A stretch of DNA of 64,000 nucleotides from Balanoglossus misakiensis (Eukaryota > Animalia > Hemichordata), in the NCBI GenBank assembly GCA_040954595.2, contig CM082583.2, positions 9,410,254 through 9,474,253 of the forward strand, in the 5' to 3' direction. Positions 41,801 to 53,500 of the stretch are shown here, one piece after another. How positions within the stretch are numbered: the stretch's first letter is position 1; each line of letters begins with the position of its first letter. The translations under genes and the position numbers were made by a program. Below the pieces are notes generated by a model. The model ran no database searches and was not told where the DNA came from. It was given only the letters and a program-made list of their open reading frames with translations.

Positions 41801-43741
41801 TGCTTCCTCATTTAGACCACGACTTGGTAATAGGAATTTATAGTGCATGTCACAACAGCCCACATTTTGTCAATTATGCAACCACAGATCGGACCACCCT
41901 AAAATCACAGATCCCGGGTATGATATACGGCTCGATGAATGATTATGAAAAATTACACGGGCCTGATTGGACAGCTTTGAAAATGCCATGACTAATGGAT
42001 ACTTTGCCGTCTTTTTTTTTTTCTTTTTCATTGCTACCATAAAAATGTGATCACTAGATCAGGTGTTAATGGATTTTTGTGTCCCAGAGCTCTTGTTCTA
42101 TAATAAGACGAATGGCACTTTATCTCAATAAGCTTAAAAGCCTCCTGTTTGCATAAGCTCTCCTGGGTAAATAATAGCCTATTGTTATTAAATTTGATGA
42201 TGGCCTTCGGAAATTATGAAACAAAATTCTTTTGGATGCAAAGTGAATTTGCAATGTATTTTAAATCTTTTAAAATGTATTTTAAATCTTTACTATACTT
42301 CTTTAAAAATATGGAAAACAATATTTTTAACAATAGAGGGGTACACATGTGAACTGGAAACCTCAACTGTAGAGGGCAGCGCACACCCGGTCCAGTATTC
42401 ATTTATGGATCTTGTGCCTTCTGTGCAATACCAGAACACACACGGTATTTTTCTAGGATTGATCAAAAATCTTTCCTTTAATATACAATTGAACTCGCTA
42501 TGTGCACTTTGCTGTAGGGTCAAATAATGCCATTAATTTTGTAAAACTCCAGCGGGGGGGGGGGGGGGGGCAAATAAATTGGCTGGTAATTTAATAATGC
42601 TCATGGCCAAGTCCTGACAGCAATTTCTCTACTGTGGCCATTACTGTATTAAATGTGAAATATAAGATGCGAAATATGATTTCTTGCCTGGGTAAAATTT
42701 CTTGTTTTGTTTTTATTTAAGATATCTTTTGATCGGATTGGAAATTTAGGTCAATACGAGTTCATCAGCCATCCAACATGACCGGTGAAACTGCAACTCT
42801 GCCAGGAATGGCTTACCTAAATAAAATATTCATCTGACATGTCAATATGATGTATTTTTATTGCATCTCTGTGTCGTTTTTATCTCAGGAAATTAATAAC
42901 TGAAGAAGTGGCGATTGAGAAGTGCAAAACTTCTCCAGTATGATCATCAATTATGATTATCAACACGACAGGTTTGGGGTACATCAGGAATAATTTTTAC
43001 CGAGTATCTGTCATTTTTTTATTCTCAAAGTGACTAAACTTCCTTATATGGGAGTTTTAAAGTAACTTTATACACACTGATACAGATATACACTTCTGCT
43101 CAGATAAGATGCCATCGCATATAATTTTTTATGAAGTGTCTGTGTTTCTCATTTTACACAGTCTGTACACTGGATGAGTGATTACGGCCAGGGGCGGCAA
43201 CAACCCCTATGAAGGTGTCACTTTGTAATACTCCATCACCTCAACAAACATGTTCTCAAATATCAGTGTTTTCGGAAAAGTCTAGACAACATTCAAGGGG
43301 ATGTAGACATATACTGTATAGTGTTAGAATGGCTCTGAAAATCATGGGGGGGGGGGGGGGGGTAAAATTCTTTTTTCCACTGATGCATCATGACAGGGAA
43401 ACTGTCAACACTGATATAAGTAATACCGCTCAAAGGTGTAAATTAAAGGAAGTGAAAGTAATATTGGATGATATTTTTGCGGAAAAACAAAACCTTGCAA
43501 AAGGATGCAAATCCTGAGGCTTTTACTTCACACATTGGCGCATCACCGCTAACATTCTCACTCTCAGCTGTCAGCGCGAAGCTCTAATGTTCTGCAGTAA
43601 TTGCACGTTGTCTAAGTCTTGGCACCTATTCCGGATAGCTTTAATTCTCTGCAACAAACTGGGACAGTACCGGCAATTTTTCATCCGGTGAAACACACAC
43701 AAATTATTTGCAAATTTAGCAAATGACAGCTTTCAGACTTA

Positions 43742-44178
43742 CAGTGCAGCTTAGGAATAGCTTTCCAACTGCACCAACACTGGGTCAGCTCTGTTTAAAC
43801 ACTGGGTCAACTCTGGGTTGGCACCCTATTGGCGCTCTAATTAGCACCTATTGGGCTTGTGTTTAACTGGGGTGTTCCAAAACAATAGGGTGCGCCAAGG
43901 TGCTAACACTGAACAATGCCAAGTGCCAGGGCCAACAGATTCACACCTTTGTAACACTTGGAACACACAGGCTAACACTGTGTGCCAAAACAATAGGGTG
44001 CGCCAAGGTTTAACACCTTTGTAGCACATGCTAACACTGAACAATGCCAAGTGCCAGGGCCAACAGATTCACACCTTTGTAACACTTGGAACACACAGGC
44101 TAACACTGTGTTGGCTCATTATAAACACCGTGTCAGCAAGTTGTTAGCAAATTGGAAAGCTATTCCTAAGCTGCACTG
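43742..44178. mobile_element. Tc1/mariner-type MITE with internal tandem duplication
   Basis: Perfect 27-bp TIR CAGTGCAGCTTAGGAATAGCTTTCCAA (43742-43768, 44152-44178) with TA on both sides (43740-43741, 44179-44180). An internal ~83-bp block is repeated at ~43901 and ~44029, and CCAAAACAATAGGGTGCGCCAAGG occurs twice. Confidence 0.88.
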
Positions 44179-45653
44179 TACGTCACATCACTTTTTGCCG
44201 CGTAACATAGTTTCTGATATAACAACTGCCCCTATTCCACTGAATACGAGACTGAAACTATTTCTACCGTCACCATTTCAACAGAAATAGGTGTGTGGGT
44301 AAAAATATCTGACTCTTATCTGTAACTATGCAAACATGCTAGTTCATGAGGCTATCAATCATTACTACTAATAGCACAGTTTCACATTCAAGATTTATTT
44401 AGAAAACAAGTTCACTTTTTTTATTTTCCTGTAATAAATCAGCAAAAGGTCACATGCATTTGTATACGTACTATTTTATTTTTACATGTAAGCTGGTCAT
44501 TATCACAAGCATCCATTATCATGGTAACATCTGTACACGTACAAGTTACAGTTTGAATTCATGATTATCCATATCACACCCCAAGAGGGCGCTCGTTCAT
44601 TTCATGGCCAAAGACACACACCACTGGTGATGCATATTTTGACGGTAAATTCTGATAAAAATACAGTTGGTGTAATAAATATAGTACTAATACATACTTA
44701 ACAACCGAAAAGCAAATTGAACAGAAAGTTAAAGAATATATGGCCATTTACAAAAATAGTTTTGAAGAATCCTGCTAATAAATGATTATCAGGGGAAATA
44801 TAGTGCTCTGAGTGAAAAATGGGGATATTTTTGTCATATTATCCAAAAATAAATATTAAGAAATGATAAAAGAGTATCATCCAAAGCATCAATGCATTAA
44901 GCAAGTGTCAGAGGAATACAAATATAACCAATATAAATAATTTATGGGAGATGATAATTCAGATCTGCGGTTGAAATTACCCACACTGTTACACAAACAC
45001 ACAAATCATATTTCAAATTCCCATGGTGGATTGTGATCTGTTCCTTGAAAGACATCCTTCACTGTCATCTACTGTGGAAAGGGGGGGGGGGGGGGGGGGG
45101 GGAAATCGTGTTAAATATTTATACTTCAGACTGCTGTGTTTCGTTAAAGATCAACCATGCATGGAAGTCTGTGTAATGCTATTCAAACGAATGTTTTTTA
45201 AAAACACTTTTAAATTTTATCACTTTGCAACAGGATGGGACAGAGCAAAAGATCGGCAGATAAAATTCTCTACACTAGGTCTTAGCTGACTCGCGTCATC
45301 AGTGAAAAGTTGGTCGGGACAGTCAAACCCATACAAGTCAGTGTTACTTCAAGCATTTCAGCTGTAATTACAAACTAACATGGCAAGTTTGGTACAATAT
45401 TAACAGATAACAACGAGGAAATTCCTGTTAATATTAACTGATCACGAGTTCAGAAGACATCCCATCTTATCGCAGCATAAATTGTTATACAGAAATATTT
45501 ACAATTACATTGTTACTGGAATAATTTAATAATACAATAGAAAAACATCATGCTTTACAAATTCATGTCCTCATTTGCAAGTCATGTTTTTTCACAGTTT
45601 CTGATGCAGATTCCAATTTTTTTTAATCAATGATATGTTGTACAGTACATGGC

Positions 45654-45857
45654 ACTGCAGAGGGCAGTCTTGTTACAGAGGAAAATATGACGGACAGTTT
45701 CAGTCACATGACAGAGTGCTTTCTTTGGTAAACTACAGAGGGCAGTCTTAAAGATGTTGTACTACAACACCACAGATTTTTCAACAACCATGTCTCTGTT
45801 TAATGGCTATTTCAGTCACACAATACAGTCACTCACATGAACTACAGAGGGCAGTCT
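45654..45857 (+). repeat. Three copies of 17-mer ACT(A/G)CAGAGGGCAGTCT (CTCF-core-like) downstream of MBD2/3
   Basis: Copies at 45654-45670, 45732-45748 and 45841-45857, interspersed with CAGTCAC repeats. Confidence 0.7.
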
Positions 45858-46059
45858 ATCAGAAATTTCTACAAACGAAACATGTGTTTGGATTTTAAAA
45901 AGGAGTAGCACTGTGCCATTGAATGTGGAGATATACAATGTAACACCAGATGTATACTACACATAAAAATACATACTACATTACATCAAAGATACACGAA
46001 ATTACACAAGCCTTTTACAGTCCACGACAGACCACAAATAATTGATCATCTTACCAAAT

Positions 46060-48227
46060 TTATTCCATCTCCTGTATAACGACTTCCACATCCTCTGTCA
46101 TCAGACTCTCCAGCTTCTTCCTGGCCGCCCGCACTTTATCCTCTTGTTTTTTTATATCTGCATCAGTGACGACAAATCTCGGACATAGAGGCTGATCTGT
46201 GTTTAGATAAACTCCCGGATTTTTTTCTATGGTAACCTGTCGTAAATGTAAACATGAATCTGATTAACTCTTTCACTATTGATTATTTGCTAGCATTTAC
46301 TTTAATAAAGTCGATAAAACATTCATGTAAAGTTCATAGTTGTAAGAAAAGGGTCAGTTTTTCGAATTTCACTTCTTTGTAAGTTTATGATGTGTGATGT
46401 TCAAGTTATGTGCAACATGAACATACCTGTGAAGCAGCCTGTCCTGTAACTGGCTGTGTACTTAAATGAAGATTTGTTGCTAAACTCTGTAATAGTGATT
46501 CATTCGTATAACCTGGTCCTAGACCTGAAACAAAAAATACCCAAAACACTCAAAACACTGCTTTGATAACGACTGTAGTCCCTGGCAGTGTTATGCCCTA
46601 TTCATGCTAGCACTGGTCGTCTATGGACTCATTTGCTGTATATGGGGTTCTAAAGCACCAGTGAACATTTTTTTCATTTATACCAGGTGCTATATATACA
46701 TTCATTATCGTACCGTACGTTCATCACCACTCATGAATCTCTCATCATCGGAACACACAAACTTCTCTCTCTCTCCATTGACCTTTGACCTCACTCACCT
46801 GTAAGACCTTCTGGTAACTCTAATGCCTTAAATATTTCTTCTGTCGTGTCGCAGGCCTTTGAACCTTGGAGTCTTTTTTCCCAGAATAACTATGGGCAAA
46901 TATCCAAATAACAAACGTCAGATACTGGTAATCTTGTGGAAAGATCATCACACATCTTTGAGATATCATGACATTGTACATGGTAATAGTACACCAGTAT
47001 GAGTTAATTTCGTGAGAGCCAAAAATCACGAAAATAAATAGTCGCTCACCTGTTTTGGTTGGTCTGTTGAATCCTGCTTGGCGTCTGTACGCACTTTACT
47101 TTCTATATGCTTTGTCACACTGGTCACAGGTTGTTTGAATATTGAAGCAGTCTGTCTTATTGGCAACAAGAGAGTGGCATCATGCCTCGTTCCTTTGCTA
47201 TAGTCATAATGGATGTTTCGAAGTCTTTTGCTCTTCCTCACACTAGCCGCTGATATTTTGCCAGTCCGAAAGTCAAAAGTGCTGAGATCAAATGTGTCGC
47301 CTAGATACCTCGCCAACTGCGGCTTGCTCCGGAACTTCTTTTGACTTGGGCTGAAAAGGGGAGAATATTGAGCTTCAGTTAGAAAAAACCACACTGGTAC
47401 TGGTGAGTTGGGACGCTGGCCAGCGATAGACGGACACTTGCCATACACTACCAAGGTGCCACAGACTCAGCTGCCAATGTGATCACCTCTGATCGCAGGG
47501 ATGTAAACATTGTGTCCCCATCAGGTCACTTGGCGTGTCATCGTGGATGTATGATGATAACAGCCACCATTCCATGGATACATAGTTCTCAAAACTGAGC
47601 AGTGTTTTAAAATGACATATGAAAAGGTGAAGGAGTGGTCGTGATTGCCTGACCCTTGATCCCATCCATGCATCCATTGCAGAAATCTGCATCCATCCCA
47701 TCAGTTCATGGGGATACATCCGGGATGGACAAAAACCAATGCAGGTACAACATAACACAACTGAGTATATGTTAGGCTGTCTCGATCGCACTTTCTGCAG
47801 TAAAAACGTAACCCCGGCCATTCCGGAAATCCCTAACCCTATCAAGCATAAGACACCCGTTATGCGATGTCATTAAAAAAAGTTGGTACGCGACTCAAAC
47901 TTCATTATAATAGCATATCGATGAGTAAGACGATAATTGAGAGGTTTATTGCACCAATACTTTAAGTCGGAATATATAATGAAAAAATAACGTTACATTG
48001 GTGATTTGGGGGTTCTGGGCTTTAAAATATCCTGATTTACTTTCGGCTTACTTCCGGCCGTATAACATAACAATAAACTTGCGTGGGAGGCTACGCGGCC
48101 ACACATATACAGACCTGTAGTAATACACATCTGTTTTGCCGGCTGAAAGGCCCGATTTCCGAATAACTTCTTCTCTTTTCCATCCCTTGGGTAGTGCGGG
48201 ACAGTCTTCCAACTTTCTCCGCTCCAT
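46060..48227 (-). CDS. MBD2/3: Methyl-CpG-binding domain protein MBD2/3 (NuRD subunit), 259 aa, 5 exons
   Basis: Exons 48227-48115 (MERRKLEDCPALPKGWKREEVIRKSGLSAGKTDVYYYS), 47350-47050 (PSQKKFRSKPQLARYLG...FDFRTGK...PIRQTASIFKQPVT...QPKQ), 46889-46799 (LFWEKRLQG...), 46524-46427 and 46236-46060 (IEKNPGVYLNTDQPLC...VTDADIKKQEDKVRAARKKLE...ME*). All introns are GT-AG and the phases are consistent. The MBD domain, the central region and the C-terminal coiled coil are all recognisable. Confidence 0.96.
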
Positions 48228-48973
48228 CGACGATTCCGAAACTTTACTGTAAGTGGTTCGATCACAACACTCGCCGACTCATACAACAATCGTATGTACC
48301 TCGCTTGCTTTTCCTTTTCCCTCGTTCACCTCAGTTGTGCCTCTTTACTGTGTGCTCTTCCGCATCTAGTACCTATGGGTGATGCGCGCATGAAGATAAA
48401 CCAATACTGTTAGAATACATACACTCAGTTTGAAATCGAAACTCCGAAACGGTGCATAAAATATATTTAAATAAATAAAAACAAAATATTTCAAGGAAAA
48501 CGTTATTATATATCATTGCGCAAATGTAAATCGGTTTCATTTACATGGCGCCATCTAGAGATACTTCTTCGAACCATTCGTTTTTCCAGGGACTATGCAC
48601 TAGTTTTATTTGCTCGGGAGTTTAATTTAACACGTCTATAGACCCAAGAACGACTATTACTACTCATTTTGATAAAGGAACCCCGTTTATTCGGTGTAAA
48701 CTTTGGGGATCTCGCTTCAGTTACATGATTTATGTTGTAGTTGTAACCTGCTGCAGCTGAGGGGCACAATCACAAATTTCCGTATGCTTGAGGAGTCATA
48801 AATAAATGGCGGGCCCTTGAAGTTTGTAAATATTTGAGGTGTTTTCTGTCATAAGTGTCTGCCAGCTGTCTGCTTTTAACAACTAACAATCCCAGATATG
48901 TATGATTGAGTTTACAATAGTCGGGCCCTGTTTAATACAAGATACATGTATATCGATTGCTCAGAGTTTTCAG
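48228..48973. promoter_or_regulatory. Bidirectional promoter region between MBD2/3 and TERB2
   Basis: Divergent ATGs at 48227 (-) and 49032 (+), ~800 nt apart. Contains NRF1-like TGCGCGCATG (~48383) and CTCF-like TCTCTAGATGGCGCCA (minus strand, 48546-48561). An acceptor TTTTCAG ending at 48973 suggests a non-coding first exon of TERB2. Confidence 0.55.
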
Positions 48974-49031
48974 ATGTGTTCCGGAGTCTTGAATGTATAC
49001 CTATCTAAGATTTGATTTAATATAAGAAAAA

Positions 49032-50088
49032 ATGCTATACATTTTTGCAAACAAAAGTGCCTGGTTTTCTACCAGTGTTGGAACAGAGAGGAAGGACATT
49101 TGGGGTAAGTTTAAATTTCAAAATAGTAGGCTAGATGTGTCCATAGGTGGAGTGACCAAAAGGGACTTGGCTCCTTGTGATCATGAGTCTGGCCCATGTC
49201 AGAAATGACTTATTTTGTCCCAGGTAATAACACTATTCCGCCACTATTTTTCATTTCCTTACAGTGAGAGGGGGAGGAACACTAGCAGATGCCAAAACAG
49301 CCAATTTTCTCTTCAGTGAAGATGCAGATGTAGAAGATACAAAAAGGTGAAGAAAGAGTCGTTCCCACAATGCATTGCCATATAATGTATCAATGATGAA
49401 AATGGAAACATTCCTTTTTTTTTGGCCTTAATACCTATGTTTCTTTTTGTGTTTTTCCTCTGCAGGATATTTGCATCACCAGAATACGAGAGCATCACCG
49501 TATTTCATGCAAGTGTTATTAATAAATGGCATGAACAAGATTCCATGGAAGGAGTGGTTCTTGGGAATTACGTTCTGCCTCCAATACCTGTTCAAGTCGG
49601 TGAGTTAAAACCTCAAGTCACACAAGTGTGTGTGGAGAAATCTGCATAACAGTTTTTAATATAAACAATATAACATTATTATTCTCTCTCTCCATTTCTC
49701 TCTCTTTCTTCATTGCTCGGAACTGATTCCTAATTCAATGACTTGATGATCTCCAGTTGTCAGACAACAGTTTGGAATGGAGTGGGAAAATGCAACCGAA
49801 GATACAACTACAAACCGAACAAACAGTGACAGTTTACACATGGCCAGAATAAATCAGTTACATCCAGATTACATGAAAGGTTGGTATATTTGTTTTTAAA
49901 AAAAACAGAAGAAACAACAGTGAAATATTATAAGGTACTCTATTTACCGTACCACAGAGGTGACTACTCTAATTTTTTTCTTTATTTCAGAAATACCTCA
50001 TGTGCTCGATCTACCTGCTGTCCAGGGTCCATTAGAGGATTTCATCCCAGGAAAGCATGGATTTACAGTCAGATTATTGAAAACATGA
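49032..50088 (+). CDS. TERB2: Telomere repeats-binding bouquet formation protein 2 (TERB2) orthologue, 169 aa, 5 coding exons
   Basis: Exons 49032-49104, 49265-49346, 49466-49599, 49757-49879 and 49991-50088, all GT-AG and in frame: MLYIFANKSAWFSTSVGTERKDIWVRGGGTLADAKTANFLFSEDADVEDTKRIFASPEYESITVFHASVINKWHEQDSMEGVVLGNYVLPPIPVQVVVRQQFGMEWEN...EIPHVLDLPAVQGPLEDFIPGKHGFTVRLLKT*. Collinear with human TERB2 as recalled (GWFCGSV...FWVAEGGTI...ADFLFSCDA...DTLRIY...TVFHA...VALGHFILPP...FIWEQ...GELHDFIPGTSGY). AATAAA at 50213-50218. Confidence 0.9.
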
Positions 50089-50359
50089 TAGTCAAGTCTA
50101 CCATCTACTGTTTCATTTTACATTTCAAGGAAGTTCTGAGGCTCATCAGTTTTCAAGAAAGTTTTGTTTCTGTTGTGTTGTCTGATGTTTTGAATTTCTA
50201 CGAGAATTTGTGAATAAAACCACTTGAATACCAGTCAACAGTTGTACTGCTGATATTTTTTTGTTCTGTGAGAATGTGTGATGTGTGTATTGTTGTTTAA
50301 ACTTACATTCAAACCATCAACATACATAGTACCTGAAATTTTTCACAGATGACATGCAT

Positions 50360-50446
50360 GACGGTGGCTCTGCGCATGACCCATGGCCGGCCGGCCACGC
50401 CCACCTTACATGTGTCAGAACGAGGTTGGGGTAAAATGGCGGCGAA
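50360..50446 (+). promoter_or_regulatory. CTC1 GC-rich proximal promoter
   Basis: TGCGCATG (NRF1-like, 50371-50378), GGCCGGCCGGCC, CACGCCCACC (Sp/KLF-like) and AAAATGGCGGC (YY1-like, 50433-50443), just upstream of the CTC1 ATG at 50522. Confidence 0.5.
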
Positions 50447-50521
50447 TGTAAATACATGTACCTGTCCTTCGTATAAACACAGACGATCGACTTGCACTGC
50501 CGCCCAGGGTTAGACCTCGAA

Positions 50522-53500
50522 ATGGATAAGTTCCTCCGCAAGGCATCAGGGTACGGTGTGGGATGTGATGGTGCGGTAAGTTTTCGTTTTACACTGCCGA
50601 TCGGATTACTATGCTCTGATCACTATTGTAGCCAGTTATAAATGCCACTCCCCCTTTTCAAGGGAGTCCCTCCCAATTCCCAACACAATCACCACAAAGA
50701 GTTGACTGACTGGGTACATGGTATAGGGGATGCCCGACGAGTATAGTGCCCTAGATTGTCCCTATGTCAAAAGTCGAGTTTCCTCCTTGGCGATTTTCTT
50801 GGGAATCATGTGTTAATGTACAGCTGAACGTATGTTACCATGGCAACAACAGCATCAACAGCTTCCCAATTTTCGAAGATTTTTCATTGTGATTTATTTT
50901 GTTAGAAAAATAATTTCAAACTATTGAAAATCTGCACAAATGCATATTCCTCAGAACAAGATGAGTGACCAAATTTTGTTCATATATATGTGTCATTCTG
51001 TGTGTGTGTGTGTGTGTGTGTGTCTGTCTGTCTGTCTCTGTGTTTGTCTCACATTGTCTGTTATGCAATTGCTAGGAGAGGCAATGGTTGAGAGGTCTGT
51101 ACCGTGGTCTGGAAGACTCAAGACAGTATAGAGATTCTACAGAAGATGACCTGTGTCAGCTGACCCTGGAAACATTGCAGACAATTCTTACAGGTAAGTA
51201 AAGAATGTATGAAGCTTAATTAGCCATAGATGACGTACATTGAATTTTTTAGTGGAAATGGTTTGCCCATTTTCGTTTTTGAACCATGGTAAAATTGCGT
51301 ATCTTTTCTTTGTAAATTCAACTGGTAAAATGCATGTTATATTGAGGTCAAGGCATTATTTTCAGAGTTTAACCGCAACAGACCAGATGACAGTGATAGA
51401 TACTCAGAGGCTCCTATTACATACAGCATTATGTCTGTCAAAACTTTGATACGGTCACAAAGTTCATGTTGCTCCAACTTGAAACTGACACCAGATGATC
51501 GAATGAGGATTGTAAAGGAAAACGTAGCCAAAGGTACGTTAGTGGAATTTCACTCTACATTTTCTGTGTGTTGGCCACTGCCAATCTTGTTGGACTTGAG
51601 ACGGTTTCAGGCCAGTAATACTTCCCTGGACATATACCCACTCCTCCTGGGAACTTTTCGAGACGGCATGTTTGGAAGGGTGCCCTCTTTATGAAAAAGG
51701 TGTTTTATTAGATCCAGATGCCACATTCGTGACTGCAAGTCACAAGAAGTACATTAATTTTTCAAATCTTTGTTTTGAAAGGGCACGAGGGACTGGATGA
51801 GGTGCATTACCTCGTCGTTGGTAAACTCACGACCACACCCACAAGGGTGACTTTGTCGGAGAGGGATAAGTGTGGTGATTTGTACTTGGAAGATGGAACA
51901 GCAGCTGTAGTGTGTCGAGTAAGTATAGCCTAGTGTATGGTGAAACTGGACAGGGAAAATGTTGGGTGTTTTCAGAGGTGTCTTGTTTGTAGATGGTCTT
52001 TGTGATATACATCTGTAACTTGTCAATGTCTATTTTCCTTTTACATGCAGTTCCTGCATGTTGATGTGAAGTGGCTGGATCAGTTCGTCATAGCACTTGC
52101 CTGGAACTACATCCCAGGGGAAACCAAAGGTAAGACGTTACAAAATTCATCTGAACCAAGATGGCCAAAGAATAACGCAATACCATGCATTAATCTGCAT
52201 ATCGAGTTGTTGGTGATATTTTTATCATTAAGTATACAGTAATAGATATGGCATATTCCATCAAATGTACTGCAGGGGCTGACAGGAGAGAAGGGGCTGG
52301 CTACCTGGAGATCATTGATATGTGTCTACAAACTGGAGGTGCATCTCCGAGAGTGGAACATGGTTCAGAAGTTGTTCCATCACCCCTTGGTCTGCATATC
52401 CTACAACACAGGTGTGTAACTTTTACAGTGTGAGCATGTGCACTATTGGTGTTTAGTGTACGCCTTTGTCATAGTATTGGTGCAAAAGCGCTTGTAAGAT
52501 TATAGTGATAAAAATCGATGTTCGAAACAGTTCTAGGGAGTTGAATAATTATTGCAAACGATTCTCTTCATTTTTGTTTTCATCTCAATACAGGAATGAG
52601 TACAACATCAAGCTGGTTGACATCCATGGTGAAGTCACAGCTCTCAGCCCAGTATATAGGTATGATTATACATGGACAACATTTATATAGCTATACTTTA
52701 TATAGAACTCTTTTTGTCATTCAGACACAAATTCACAGATGTAGTCACAAGCCAAATCTGTTATGAGAGACTCAGTTATTTGTCACCTAGGTACATGTAT
52801 TCATTCATCTGTTCATTTGTTTCTTTATTTATCTTTCAGAATTCGTGAGGCCATAATGTTCTTTGTGGAAATCACATCCAAAGATACAGACATCAGTGTG
52901 TGTCTGGTTGTCAAGGTAACAGATAAGAGGTTGATATGAAAATGGGATTTTAACCATTACAACCATATCGTGTATAATCTCTCCAGTGTAAAATACCAGT
53001 TTTATTTTGCCAGCGACATACACAATAATTTGAAATGCTCACATTTCAGGGTGTGGAATATATGCATTGGCATCAATTCATTCAACTGAAGGAAGAGTAC
53101 GTGTTCACGTATGTTGTACCAACCACACTCAACAAGGTATGCAGACATTTTTGTCAAGACATCAGTGTTTGTGCACCATTTCTAAATGCATCATTCATTA
53201 TCTCTTTTTCCTTAAAGTTGTGACCTTTTCAACTTGATAAGGTGAGAGGACAGAAGCACCAATAGTAATGGTAACTGTAGAAGTTAGATAATGTACATTT
53301 TATTTTTCAGGAGAGTGCGAACTCCTTTCTTGTCTTTGCATTCACCAGGAAGTCTAAGTTTTACAAGATTTCCAGTGAGGACTGCAGAATGATGACTTCG
53401 GAGGTAAAACATTCACATACTACTTGTGCGAGTCAGTTTAATATGCGAATTATGAATTTTGAGGTTGAGATTCAAATTTGAGTGGTAACATTGAAATGTT

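Noticed and set aside
43870-44115. Repeat-spacer-like pattern resembling a CRISPR array
   Set aside because: It is an internal tandem duplication inside a TA-flanked MITE in a eukaryotic genome; there are no unique spacers or cas genes.
47993-48289. 98-aa minus ORF at the MBD2/3 5' end
   Set aside because: Wrong frame; the MBD sequence starts at ATG 48227 in another frame and splices at 48115.
49032-51193. TERB2-CTC1 fusion protein as the default gene model
   Set aside because: TERB2 has its own conserved last exon, stop and AATAAA, and CTC1 has its own promoter-like region and first exon. TERB2 exon 4 (phase 1) is out of phase with CTC1 exon 2 (phase 0).
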